Source: Pocillopora verrucosa
Lineage: Eukaryota
Length of the DNA stretch: 64,000 nucleotides
Direction: 5' to 3'
NCBI RefSeq assembly: GCF_036669915.1
Contig: NC_089320.1
Location: 15,979,874 to 16,043,873, forward strand
The notes under the pieces were generated by a model. That model ran no database searches, was not told the origin of the DNA, and saw only the letters and a list, made by a program, of their open reading frames with translations. Positions 1 through 12,052 of the stretch are shown in pieces. Numbering within the stretch: the stretch's first letter is position 1; each line of letters starts with the position of its first letter. The translations under genes and the position numbers were made by a program.

Positions 1-97
1 TTGAAGATCATTTAAGTAGAACTACCAGAGATGGTTATGAATAGTTTGCCTTGTTTGCCACAAAAACAAATTAAGAGTGGGTAATCTCAATTATTAA

Positions 98-2040
98 GTG
101 TTATCAAATATATTGATCTGTTTCATTTTGCTGCCGCTGAAGGAATTCAATCACCAAGACAGTCCAACAGTTAAAGTTAAAATATCAGGCGATGGAGCTA
201 GAATGTCTCATTTCCTTTGTTCCTTTTCCATCTTATATGACCATCAACATGTTCTCTGTAGTGCTAGTACAGTGCATTGATAGGTAATTATTTTGAATTC
301 ATGCAATTACAAGGCTAACTGGAAGATGCAGACAGTACAAAACAGTGCAGGTAAAACTAATTCTGACTACGTGTATCATTAATAATTGTGACAACATTGA
401 AAAAAAATGCTGAATTCTAATCACACCTTTAGAATAACCATCTATCAACCTTGCTTATTTTGTCACAACAGGCAACCACACCATTGTTGTACTAAAAACA
501 TCTGAGGTTTTCAAAAACCTGAGAACTGGTCTGGCAAGTGTAACGCAGACGGTAAAAAAGTTAATTGATGATGGATTCATCTTGATCAAAGGTAGAAAGT
601 AAATTTGTAGTTATACCTTGGTGGCAACTACAAAGTAGGTACAATGTATCTGACTATATACATGTGACAACCTTTAAGTTTGTTATTTATAATACCTGGT
701 TTTTCTTTTTTTTCAACAGTTTCTGCTTCTGGCAATGGGTATTAAAAAAAAGTCATTTCAAACAATTCATGCATTTGGTGCCTAATCCGCAAAAAAGACA
801 GGTTCTTTTCAAATTATATTATGTCTTTCATCTCTTGAAAACATGTTTTACAATACTGTTCTCTTTTTCTCATCTTAAGGTGCAACATGGATGTTTCATA
901 TTCATAATACCAGGCGGAAATTTTGAAATGAAAATTGGGCCCGGACGGGCACAAGCAAGTTGGATGCTTGCATCAACCATTATTTGAAATACTTCTTAGC
1001 AACATTGCCACTGACGAACTTCACTTGATGTTAAGAGTGATGGACAGACTAGAGACAGGGCTAATCCTTAAAGATGTTGATCGGGATGAGGTAAATTATA
1101 TCTTTCGTTGTCTTATTATCTAAAGAAATTCAAAGCGAGTATTGCAAGAGTTTCACTTTGTAATGCAATTTACTTTTCATGAAATCAGGCTGACAACCAA
1201 GGCAAGCCCCCATCAAAGAGGTACTTTCCCCATTTAGATGCACTACTTGCCATCATACACTCCTTAAGAATCTCTCTCAACATGTGGAAAACAAGAGAAT
1301 CAAGCAGGACCCTTAAAAGGACATCCTCGCTGGGAAGAGAGAAGTGACTGCTCCTGGAAAAGCTTCCCTGTCATTTTACAAGTTTTTGCGCCTAGAAAGA
1401 GCACATGTTGTTCAAAAACTGTAGACAGTGAGTAAATGATTGTTTAGTAATAAATAAATAAATTCATCTTGTGTTGAAAGGAACCCACAACCTTGGGTTT
1501 AAACAGATTTTTGAACAGTTTCAATCAACTTTCACTCAATAAATGAAAATCCTCTCTTTTCAGTGCTTTCAGGAGATATTAGAACTCCTACGCAAAGATA
1601 CCCACGGCAAAGATAAAGTCGTTAAACTACAGGATAAGGTTTGTGTTAAAAAAAGAAACTTTTTTACTTCAATCCTTAGTACTTTTTGTAAAAAGACATT
1701 CCAATTTTTATAACCATTCTTTCTCAAATACACAGGCTAAAATGTGGAGAGCCTATTTGATATGGATGCCTGGAACTGGCTCAGGTTACACCAATGAAAT
1801 AATGACAACTCCGTATATTCACATCTTGGTATACTACAATCTAACAATGATACGCAACCATGGCTCACTCAAGTACTTCAGTGGTCAAGGTAATCATGTA
1901 TAATTTTGATCAATGGAACAGCTCTACTTTCATTGATTCTATATCCATGACGTGATAAGAGACGAAGAAGATGGAGAGAACAATGCTCTCAAACATTACA
2001 GTCCTATTGCCCTTTTGCGTCTGTGCTTTCTCTCGATAAT
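98..2040 (+). pseudogene. Decayed RAG1-core-like (Transib-type) transposase-derived sequence, fragmented and carrying in-frame stops
   Basis: Colinear same-strand peptide fragments: 98-280 ...VKVKISGDGARMS...; 472-600 GNHTIVVLKTSEVFKNLRTGLASVTQTVKKLIDDGFILIKGRK; 611-637 LYLGGNYKV (expected GGDYKF, so the Asp is lost); 721-800 FLLLAMGIKKKSFQTIHAFGA*SAKKD (in-frame stop); 990-1090 ...ATDELHLMLRVMDRLE...; 1250-1400 with two more stops; 1737-1890 ...TPYIHILVYYNLTMIRNHGSLKYFSGQG; 1952-2030 IRDEEDGENNALKHY. The motif order resembles RAG1 core/Transib transposases as I remember them. No search was run. Confidence 0.4.
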
Positions 2041-3463
2041 TTGTAACAACACCATTGGCAACACTCAAGGGAAGCCGCAAAATACCATCAAATTGTTCGA
2101 CCAAAAATCCTTTCATTTGACATCAGATAAAGTTAGGTTACCAAAAAAAACACGGCAGTCAAAAGTCGCGCATGCCTCATCGCCCAGAATTCAGCGACAT
2201 ATCCGGGACTTTCATTGAGACGCTGGCGCTAAATTTAAAAGCTAATTAGAAAATGATTGTCAAACAATAAAGGAAAAGGGCTGAAAATGTCGAGGAAGGC
2301 TTACGTTCTCTTCGTTTACGTATAAACTACTTTTCAAATGCTACTTTTACCATATGGCTTTTAAAGAAGAAAGTTCAATTGAACAGTGTATCATTCTCAC
2401 TTTGTTCTTGCGCTTTCAGAAGAGGTCGCAAATTTGCCTTGAAAATTGACTATGTTAGCATCCTGCTTGTATGAGAAGTCGATCTCCACGCACTTTCAGG
2501 CGTAATTTATCTTCACTCAATTGCTAGATTTCTCTTTTACCATATGGTTATTTTTATTTGATATTCTAGAAAGCGTCATAGAAATTTTCAAGGGATTCCA
2601 AACTTTGGAAGTAGTCGCAAAACGCGAATTTCGAAAACGTTTGCTCAGCATCGTAGTGTTCTATCCAAATTTGTCCTTTGGAGACCCCCACGAGAATACA
2701 AGTGACCTATTTTAAACTTCCCGCGAGAATATCAAGGTATGCTAAGCTCCGCCTCCGCAAACAATCGCGCACACGCCGCCTAATTAGTATTGAAATTGAG
2801 GTGGTAACTAGACAATGCTTAAAAAACTGTAAAAGCTTTTAAGATATGATCGCTGAGATCGCTGCAGAAATATTCAGCAATCGTTACTATCATATGGAAA
2901 CCACACTCCTATTATTGTCGCAAGATAGACTTCTATCTCGACGATCGTCGCACTCACAAGCCGGTTGTTGGAAGCATCGCTCATATTTTTCTCTACCGAT
3001 TGAAGCGATTTTCACGAAATAGAAAATAGGCAATAACATAAAACAGAACATCCGGCTATCGACCTCAATCCTTGGTTGGAGGTTCATGGAACCTACTTTT
3101 TTGGCGAGTTCGATTGTTGAACTAATCGAACTTTAAAGATACCATTATTCTCTTACATGCCCCCTATTTGGATTTTTCCTTTGGCTGGTCTTTATGTTTG
3201 ACTCAGAATGAAGTTACTTACTTAAATACGTCTAGCAATGTTTGCAAAATTCAGTATAACCGTTCATTAAAGAAAAGTGTTATTTACAGACAAATGTTAT
3301 GAATTCAGATGCGTAACTATTGGCTACTGCTGTCTAATTGGCTCTAATGTCGCAACTATTGTTCCCTCGAAACAATTAACTTCGGGGAAAAAAGCTGCTT
3401 TAATCATAAGTCTTCTTCAATCGCTAAAGCAACCTAAGTTTCAAGAGTCTCATAATTTCAGTC

Positions 3464-3938
3464 ATGTGTTCCGTACAAGAAATGCAGCGTATTGATCGGG
3501 AGCTCTCATCAGAGCTCGTAGAATCCCCGATCAATCCTGCTTTCATAAATATCTCTGCACCGTTTATGGGTAAGAAAAACCCATCATTTTCTCTTCAACT
3601 CAATGGAGAGGGCCTCTGGCAATGGAGGAAGCTTCATAGCCACAACCAAGTTTTCGATAGCCTACAGGCCAGCTTGGTTAAAGTCGGCTACGAATTATCG
3701 TCGTCTGCTCGCTCTCGAGTTGGGATGGCCGTCTACAGAAGAGTAGACTACATCGTGAAAAAGGCACGTAGCGTCAAAAACAATACAACTCGCCGAGCAG
3801 AGCGATCTCAGTACTGGTGTCAAGTTGCTCTTCACCCAGACGAGATCACCCAAATGCCTGGGGACATTATCCATCAGCTGAAAAGGGAAAATGAAGAGCT
3901 GATTAGCGAAAACCAAGAACTACGAAATGAAATGGAAG
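3464..3938 (+). CDS. Uncharacterised ORF, putative exon 1 of an orphan two-exon gene
   Basis: ATG-initiated 166-aa ORF from the track (MCSVQEMQRIDRELSS...QLKRENEELISENQELRNEMEG). A GT donor at 3939-3940 follows GAA G (phase 1). CCAAT-like ATTGG boxes lie at about 3318-3345 upstream. I recognise no family. Confidence 0.3.
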
Positions 3939-4262
3939 GTACGAAAATAATAGAACATTGTTAGTAAGTGTGCTGGATTACATGCAAGTTAAACCAAGGT
4001 TGACACCAGCTTGAACAGTAGCTTTTGAATTCTGAATGGTCAAATTAGTTTCTGGGCTAATGTTTTTCTTGTATCGACTTTAATTTTAACTCCAGGTGAA
4101 AACCGTACGTATGTAGACTTAAAGTTTCATGTTCACCAATCACCAATTTTTACTACACAGAACTAACACACCGCATACAACTTTAGATGACGAATCTGTA
4201 TTAGTTAACTCTAGTAAAAATATACTTGACTGACTTCTACCCATATGTTACCCTTTGCATAG

Positions 4263-4345
4263 ACAAGGCATCGCAGCTTTACGATGCAATGGCCCAGCTA
4301 AGATGGGGATCTGAGGGGATCAATTTTGGACAGATAGCGTTTTAA
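4263..4345 (+). CDS. Putative exon 2 (terminal) of the orphan ORF
   Basis: Pyrimidine-rich tract plus TTGCATAG acceptor at 4255-4262. Phase 1 joins G|AC to give D, then KASQLYDAMAQLRWGSEGINFGQIAF and a TAA stop at 4343-4345. Support is frame compatibility only. Confidence 0.2.
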
Positions 4346-7300
4346 TTGAGACTTTTGGACCGCAAAGCTTATTCAAGAACGGTTATCCTGTCGATTTAGC
4401 TTTCTGTTTTGAGCTTTATCAAGAGAGTTATACGCCTCTAAAACACCGTGACTTAGTGGTTGTTTGTAACTTTGTGGTGGTACTAGTTGAAACAAACATG
4501 GTTCATTTGACGAAGAGAAAATTAACCTTATGCGTTGTATGTTATTAATCAATGGATTTGCAGAGTCAAAAGGAGAGGAGGAAAACAGGGATTCAACGAG
4601 GATTGGATAAATGGAATGGGAAACAAATAGAAAAATAAAGAAGAACTCGGCGAAATGTAAGTTGTTTGCATCATTGTTTTGTTTTGTAAATAATTCAAGG
4701 CAACAGTTACAATAGGAATTTAAGAACGTCGCCAAAGTTTTTATTCTTCTGATGATTCCGTCGCTTTTTCTCGTTTAGTGCGAAAACACTAAGGTGAAAA
4801 CACCAAGGTGGAAAAAAATCAAATCATTGAAAGTTACATTTTTCGATGTGGAAAAAATTTCCAAGGAAATAATAGTAACCATTTTCATAATAAATTTAAA
4901 ATAATTTTATGACTAAAAAAAATCACCTATTATATTTTCTAGTGGAAAATTAAAGACTGAGCTTAAACAAAGTGAGCAGTTACAACCAGTTAAAAGGTCA
5001 TTTTCAAATAAACAAGTATATGCAACAGATAATACATGTAAGGCGAGTAGTGCAAAGCAACCATTGCCATAAGAATGTAGAAACGCCGCCAACTGATACT
5101 CATTAGTATAATTGCTCAGTTGGATATTGAAATTCTAGCGCCCTGATTGGTCGAGGATTGCGTCATATCTCACTATAATCACCTCACCTAAGATGATTAC
5201 TGCAGGGTTGCGAAATTTTAAAATGACTACCTCGCATTTTGTCGATTTCACCGAGGAAGAGTGAATTTCAATTTCAATTCCTAGGAACCCAAAAGGTGCC
5301 ACTTAGTTTGGCCTAACACTTCTCAAAAGTACCATAGAAGTTTTTGATGTTAAATTCCAGATGAAACTAGTTGCTTATCTCGACACGAGAAACCATAACA
5401 TTTGGAGCAAAACATGCACAAAGTTTTTCCTATTTACAGAATGGTTTCGACGACAAGAAAAATTTACAACAGAATTCGAAAGAATCTGAGCAATTTTATT
5501 AAAATAACTGTTCCCCTCTTTGAATCGGGTGAAAAGCGTCGGAGGAGAAGCTTCATAAGAATTAGTGAAGCGAAGTAATTTAATCAATGTCTGATATATT
5601 GGAAGATTTCCTAACGAACAAACCTTTATAGTTTCCGTATTTTCTAAAGTTCGAAAAAGCTACTGTGGAAATAATAAATATGGTCCCTCAATTTCTCTTC
5701 CAACCACTTTCTTCCTCTGGAGGACCTGAAATACTCCCACATTTACCTCTCCAAGCATTCTCTTTCGAAACGGAACAATCAGAATCATTAATTTTGTCAA
5801 GTGTTGCCTTAAAGTTCTACAGATGGGATAAAAACATATTTTCATTGAATGTCGTCTTAATTTAAGCATATCATCATCAACTTTTCAAAAGGAGGTCTCA
5901 CTTGAGAGATTACAAAGTCAGTTTTGTCTGGCACTTAAGCCGTTTTCAAGCGAACGCAAAGATATCGGCAGAATTAAGATTGCGCTTTCTTCGCAAATTC
6001 AAGTTCCGATTTGAAAAAAGGATTTATTGGTACAGGTTGATAGAAATTTTGCCCAGGAGAATTTGTTTAAGAAACATTCTTGGCTAAAAGCATTTATTTT
6101 TACAGCTTAAAGTAATTTCTTTACTTATTGCTGAGCAGAGCCTCGGCTCTTTTAGCAAGAGAAAAGCATTTCCTGAGTAAAAGCTCTTTTTGCAAGAGAA
6201 AAACCTTTTCTGAGCGAGGGAGGATTATCATCAAGAAAGAGGGCCTTTAACCCCAAAACGGCATTTCTAAACATGGTTGTACTTGTCATTTTAAATCCTA
6301 AATGTTAACCAGTTGTAACTCAAAACTAGTGCTGAACAAATCATAGCAAAGACTTTGGAAGTGAAACACATGACGTAAGAGATAGATAATCAAATGCGTT
6401 ATTGTTTCAGATCCGACAAACTGTGATGGGAGAGTAAGATCTATCGAGTCACTGATGGACGTAACTTGTACATTTACAGATATTACATCAAAAGTTTCAT
6501 CCTTAGGTAGCTTGTGAATCAAATGGTGTATCCATTATTTTTTAAACGAACGGAAAATATTCGAGAAAATCGTTTGAGAACACTCAACATGGCGAGAGAA
6601 TTTTTTTGTTTTATTTCTTCCGGGATTTGTTTGCAAACAAAAAAAATAACGTTCTCTCTTTTTTTTTTTTTTTTTTCATTCAAAAACCATAACAACTTTG
6701 CTTGGATTAAACAATTTTTTAACTTGTTCATTAGAGTCCCTCAAAAGTTAAACAGTTTTGTTTAACACCATACATTCAGAAAAAGCAAAATATTACCAAA
6801 CTTTACCTTTACAAATCTGCTACATAAAAGTAGAACAACAAAAAGTTGGCGAGCGAGATCATGACCTCTGGATGCAACATTCAAAATTATACAAACTAAG
6901 ACAGTCACTTTTTTAGTGCAAGGGATAACTCTCTGACTCTTCCTGAACTTCTCAAGAGAAGTCGTTCTATAGAACATGATTCCTTTTTCCCTTAAGCCAT
7001 TTGCATCGACAAAAACAGTGGATGTTATATTCAAAATTAGCAGCAAAGTCAAAGTTCTCTCCTAATTCAGGTTGCCACGTGCAATTTGTTGAAAAATAAA
7101 TTTGGAGTTCGGGAGACTTTCATCAGTAAAAGTGGATTTTTTTTCATATAAAATGACACAGGTTTTTAAATGAAAAGGATACTTCTCAAATTGAATGGGA
7201 CCTTTTTTACTAGAAACTGAAATATTTCACACACAAACAATAGTTTCTAACTGATATTGCCAACAACGTGAATTTCCACTATTATATTTCGGGAAGTAAA

Positions 7301-8582
7301 AAAAAACTTGTTGTCGGAATTGGAAATATTTTCCCTTCACCAAAAAAAGATGATATTGACGTTTTGACGTCTTTTGTAGCAAAATGAAAATTATCCTAAT
7401 CGTTTGATAGATTTTGAAAGAAAGTATATAGCGCGTGGATGGCGGAAAAATTTTGAGCTTCATAGGAAAAGCTGTGATTTACTCTATGAAATAAAATTAG
7501 TGCTTTCATTAGTTATAGTGGATTTGTTTAAGAATCTTAAAGGACATTTGGAAACACATGGTGTATTTTATTAACGGTAAGAGATCATGACAATTGGATA
7601 ACGGAACAACTTAAACTACATAATTAGGCTGTTTTTTTTAATAAATGGAAAATTCAATAATTTTAAATTAGTAGTCCGCGAAAACTTTTGGACAACTTTG
7701 AAAAGAATTGAAATCTCTTCTGACTCAAGCAACTCACTTAAATAAAACCATGAAGCTTTTTTCGCAATAACACAGAATTGAACCTCATAATGACAAGTAT
7801 TTCAACGCTATGTATTTCTCATTAAGGAAGTTTTCATACAAAATGAACCCAAAGAGGAAAATCTAAAAATTCCGTCACTTTAAAATTTTTTTAGCTCATT
7901 TAATTTTTGTGCGTTATGCTATGTCGTTTTAAGCCTTTTAAATTGAAATCTTTAAGAGAGATTTTGATGTGTTCCTTTAGTGCTCTAGCTGTCTATCAGC
8001 CTATCTGTCTATCAAATAGAGAATATATTTTTGTTTCAAATATACAGATTGAAAATATTGACCCTTCTTTACTTAAAAGGACGGTAATATTTCACTAAAA
8101 AATAACAAAAAACAACTGAGCAGAGGCAAAAGTTTTGTTAGTAAAAAATTTAAAACCAAAATAAAGATACAAATATTTCTTAACACTTGTAAAACAATTT
8201 CTAGAAGTTATTAGAACTATTTGAATCCAAACAAATAACTTTTGAAATTACCTTATCGCCAATATCACTAAAATTTAAATCTAACAGCAAACAAAGTTGA
8301 AAAAATAGTGTTCATCAGACAAACTGGAAACAAGCAAAATGTCTCCTAGAAAAAGTAATGTATGCCTTTGAAAGAGGAAATGCTCTGCATGTCGAATGTT
8401 AAATGATAATCATTTTTACATTTCAAAGTTTTTTTCCCAAAGATATTCTTCTTTTATCCCGTTTTCTCTTGCTTCTTCTGGTAATGCAAATTGCTTGGCT
8501 CGTTCGACGACCGTATCCTTCCATCGTAGTTTAAATTTAAGCTGTAGCTTTGCAATTCTGAGGAGCTTTAATCTTAAAAGGA

Positions 8583-8915
8583 ACAGAAATTTGCTTAATT
8601 TTAACAGCCGCGAGAATTTTTTTCTGAAAAAATAAAAGAAAGAAATCAGAAGAAAGTTCTCGGAGCTCTTGAAATTAAATTAATTTCTGCTTCTTAAAAG
8701 ATTAAAAGGAAAAAGAAAACTGACCAACGGGGCCTTAGGCCCCTTGGAGGTGCTTTAACAACTTAAATTAAACGACGGCGGGGATACGGCCGTCGCCTAA
8801 TTTGAGTTGTTAAATGTGCACTACCGCTAGACCACAGAGGCTTTTGGTAAGAAGACATGGCAAAATTACACTAGAAGTAGGTTTGCTCCCATTGTTAACA
8901 GAAATAATAGCTTGT
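8583..8915. repeat. Left arm of the long inverted repeat
   Basis: Core ...ACTGACCAACGGGGCCTTAGGCCCCTTGGAGGTGCTTTAACAACTTAAATTAAACGACGGCGGGGATACGGCCGTCGCCTAATTTGAGTTGTTAAATGTGCACTACCGCTAGACCACAGAGGCTTTTGGTAAGA... It contains its own hairpins (GGGGCC-TTA-GGCCCC, and a ~30-bp stem from TTTAACAACTTAAATTAAACGACGG to CCGTCGCCTAATTTGAGTTGTTAAA). Confidence 0.9.
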
Positions 8916-9782
8916 GAATAGTATTTGATTCTAAGTGCTATCATCCTCCTGAGACTTGTAATTCTATTGTGTTTACATTACATTTTTGCGTTCTTTTTTG
9001 CAGCTTGCTTGAATTTTATTACTGAAGGAAGAAACCTCTGAAAGTCTCTGTGGGGTTAGTGGTGCAAGTCAAGAGTCGTTTTAAAACCTGTCAAAGTATA
9101 GCAGTAGTAGTGCGAGAAAAAAAGACGTTCAGAAATCTGTGAAGATCTTGTAGTAGTAGTAGTGATGCAAGTGAGAAGTAATTTTATAAAGAAGTGTAGT
9201 AGAAAAGTACAAGTAAAACATTTTAGAATCTATTCGTGAGTGAAAAATCTTTCAAAGTATCTTGTTGTGAAAGTAGTGCAAGTAAAGAGTCGTTCAAAAA
9301 TCTGTCAAAGTCTAGCAGTAATGGTACTAATAGACAATCGGTGAAAAAGTCATTCAAAATCTAGTGCAAAATTAAAAAGTCGTTCTAAAGATCTGTCAAA
9401 TATAGAAGTAGTCGTCAAAAAAACTGTCGAAGACTAGCGGTAGCATTATTCGTAGTGCAAACAAGAAAGTAGTTAAAAATATGTCGTAGTCCAGCACTAG
9501 CAGTGCGAATATAACGTTTTTTAGAAGGTCTCTTAAATGTACAGGTAGCAGTGCAGGTAAAACGTCGTTCAAAGATCTGTCTTAGTCCGGCAAAAAATTA
9601 CTAATAGAAAAAAGTTGAGAAAGTCTTTCAAAATTCAGCAGTAGTGCAAATAATATCTCGTTCTAAAATTTTGTTAAGGTCTAGTAGATGTTGCACAATT
9701 TGAGAGTTGTCGTGCAAATGAAATACTCGTTCAAAATCTGATAAAGTGTAGTAGTAGTGGAAGTACAAATAAAACAAAAATC

Positions 9783-10930
9783 TTTTAGAGAGGGGTAGTG
9801 TAAATAAGACTCGATCAAAATCTATCAGTGTAGTAGTAGTAGTGTAAATAAGACTCGATCAAAATCTATCAGTGTAGTAGTAGTAGTGTAAATAAGACTC
9901 GATCAAAATCTATCAGTGTAGTAGTAGTAGTGTAAATAAGACTCGATCAAAATCTATCAGTGTAGTAGTAGTGTAAATAAGACTCGATCAAAATCTGTCA
10001 GTGTAGTAGTAGTAGGGCAAATAAGAGTCGTTCAAAATCTGTCAGTGTAGTAGTAGTAGTAGTGTAAATAAGAGTCGTTCAAAATCTATCAGTGTAGTAG
10101 TAGTACTGAAAATAAGAGTCGTTCAAAATCTATCAGTGTAGTAGTAGTACTGAAAATAAGAGTCGTTCAAAATCTATCAGTGTAGTAGTAGTAGTACGAA
10201 TAAGAGTCGTTCAAAATCTATCAGTGTAGTAGTAGTAGTGCAAATAAGAGTCGTTCAAAATCTGTCAGTGTAGTAGTAGTAGTGCAAATAAGAGCCGTTC
10301 AAAATCTATCAGTGTAGTAGTAGTAGTGCAAATAAGAGTCGTTCAAAATCTGTCAGTGTAGTAGTAGTAGTGCAAATAAGAGTCGTTCAAAATCTGTCAG
10401 TGTAGTAGTAGTAGTGCAAATAAGAGTCGTTCAAAATCTATCAGTGTAGTAGTAGTAGTGCAAATAAGAGTCGTTCAAAATCTATCAGTGTAGTAGTAGT
10501 AGTGCAAATAAGAGTCGTTCAAAATCTATCAGTGTAGTAGTAGTAGTAGTGCAAATAAGAGTCGTTCAAAATCTGTCAGTGTAGTAGTAGTAGTGCAAAT
10601 AAGAGTCGTTCAAAATCTATCAGTGTAGTAGTAGTAGTGCAAATAAGAGTCGTTCAAAATCTGTCAGTGTAGTAGTAGTAGTGCAAATAAGAGTCGTTCA
10701 AAATCTGTCAGTGTAGTAGTAGTAGTGCAAATAAGAGTCGTTCAAAATCTATCAGTGTAGTAGTAGTAGTGCAAATAAGAGTCGCTCAAAATCTATCAGT
10801 GTAGTAGTAGTAGTGCAAATAAGAGTCGCTCAAAATCTGTCAGTGTAGTAGTAGTAGTGCAAATAAGAGTCGTTCAAAATCTATCAGTGTAGTAGTAGTA
10901 GTGCAAATAAGAGTCGCTCAAAATCTATCA
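9783..10930. repeat. Homogeneous sub-array, 44-46 bp unit (~26 copies)
   Basis: First variant GTAAATAAGACTCGATCAAAATCTATCAGTGTAGTAGTAGTA (9800-9990), then GCAAATAAGAGTCGTTCAAAATCT[A/G]TCAGTGTAGTAGTAGTAGT. Near-identical neighbours. Confidence 0.95.
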
Positions 10931-11900
10931 GTGTAGTAGTACAAGTGCGAAAAAGAGTCGTTGAAAATCTGTCAGTGTGTTGTAGTAGCAGTAATAGTGC
11001 AAATAAGAGTCGTTGAAAATCTGTCAGTGTGTTGTAGTTGTAGCAATAGTGCAAATAAGAGTTGTTGAAAATCTGTCAGTGTGTTGTAGTTGTAGCAATT
11101 GTGCAAATAAGAGTCGTTGAAAATCTGTCAGTGTGTTGTAGTTGTAGCAATAGTGCTAATAAGAGTCGTTGAAAATCTGTCAGTGTGTTGTAGTAGTAGC
11201 AATAGTGCAAATAAGAGTCGTTGAAAATCTGTCAGTGTGTTGTAGTTGTAGCAGTAGTGCAAATAAGAGTCGTTGAAAATCTGTCAGTGTGTTGTAGTAG
11301 TAGCAATAGTGCAAATAAGAGTCGTTGAAAATCTGTCAGTGTGTTGTAGTTGTAGCAATAGTGCTAATAAGAGTCGTTGAAAATCTGCAAGTGTGTTGTA
11401 GTTGTAGCAATAGTGCAAATAAGAGTCGTTGAAAATCTGTCAGTGTGTTGTAGTTGTAGCAATAGTGCTAATAAGAGTCGTTCAAAATCTGTCAGTGTGT
11501 TGTAGTAGTAGCAATAGTGCAAATAAAATCTGTCAGTGTTGTAGTTGTAGCAATAGTGCAAATAAGAGTCGTTGAAAATCTGTCAGTGTGTTGTAGTTGT
11601 AGCAATAGTGCAAATAAGAGTCGTTCAAAATCTGTCAGTGTGTTGTAGTAGTAGCAATAGTGCAAATAAGAGTCGTTGAAAATCTGTCAGTGTGTTGTAG
11701 TAGTAGCAATAGTGCAAATAAGAGTCGTTGAAAATCTGTCAGTGTGTTGTAGTTGTAGCAGTAGTGCTAATAAGAGTCGTTCAAAATCTGTCAGTGTTGT
11801 TGTAGTAGTAGCAATAGTGCAAATAAAAGAGTCGTTGAAAATCTGTCAGTGTTGCAGTAGTTGTAGCAGCAATAGTGCAAATAAAAGAGTCGTTGAAAAT
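10931..11900. repeat. Second sub-array, 52 bp unit (~18 copies)
   Basis: Unit GTGCAAATAAGAGTCGTTGAAAATCTGTCAGTGTGTTGTAGTTGTAGCAATA. GTGCAAATAAG recurs near 10997, 11049 and 11101. Abrupt switch from the 44-bp variant at about 10930. Confidence 0.95.
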
Positions 11901-11950
11901 CTCTGAGTGTTGCAGTAGTAATAGTGCAAATAAGAGTCGTTGAAAATCTT

Positions 11951-12052
11951 AGAGTGTTGTAGTAGTAACAGAGCGAATAAAAGAGTCCTTGAAAATCTGT
12001 CAGATTGTAAGACTCTTTTATTTGCAATACTACTACCACACTCTGAAAAAAA
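11951..12052. repeat. Single inverted unit inside the array (local palindrome)
   Basis: AGAGTGTTGTAGTAGTAACAGAGCGAATAAAAGAGTC ... loop CTTGAAAATCTGTCAGATTGTAA ... GACTCTTTTATTTGCAATACTACTACCACACTCT, after which the direct orientation resumes. Confidence 0.85.
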
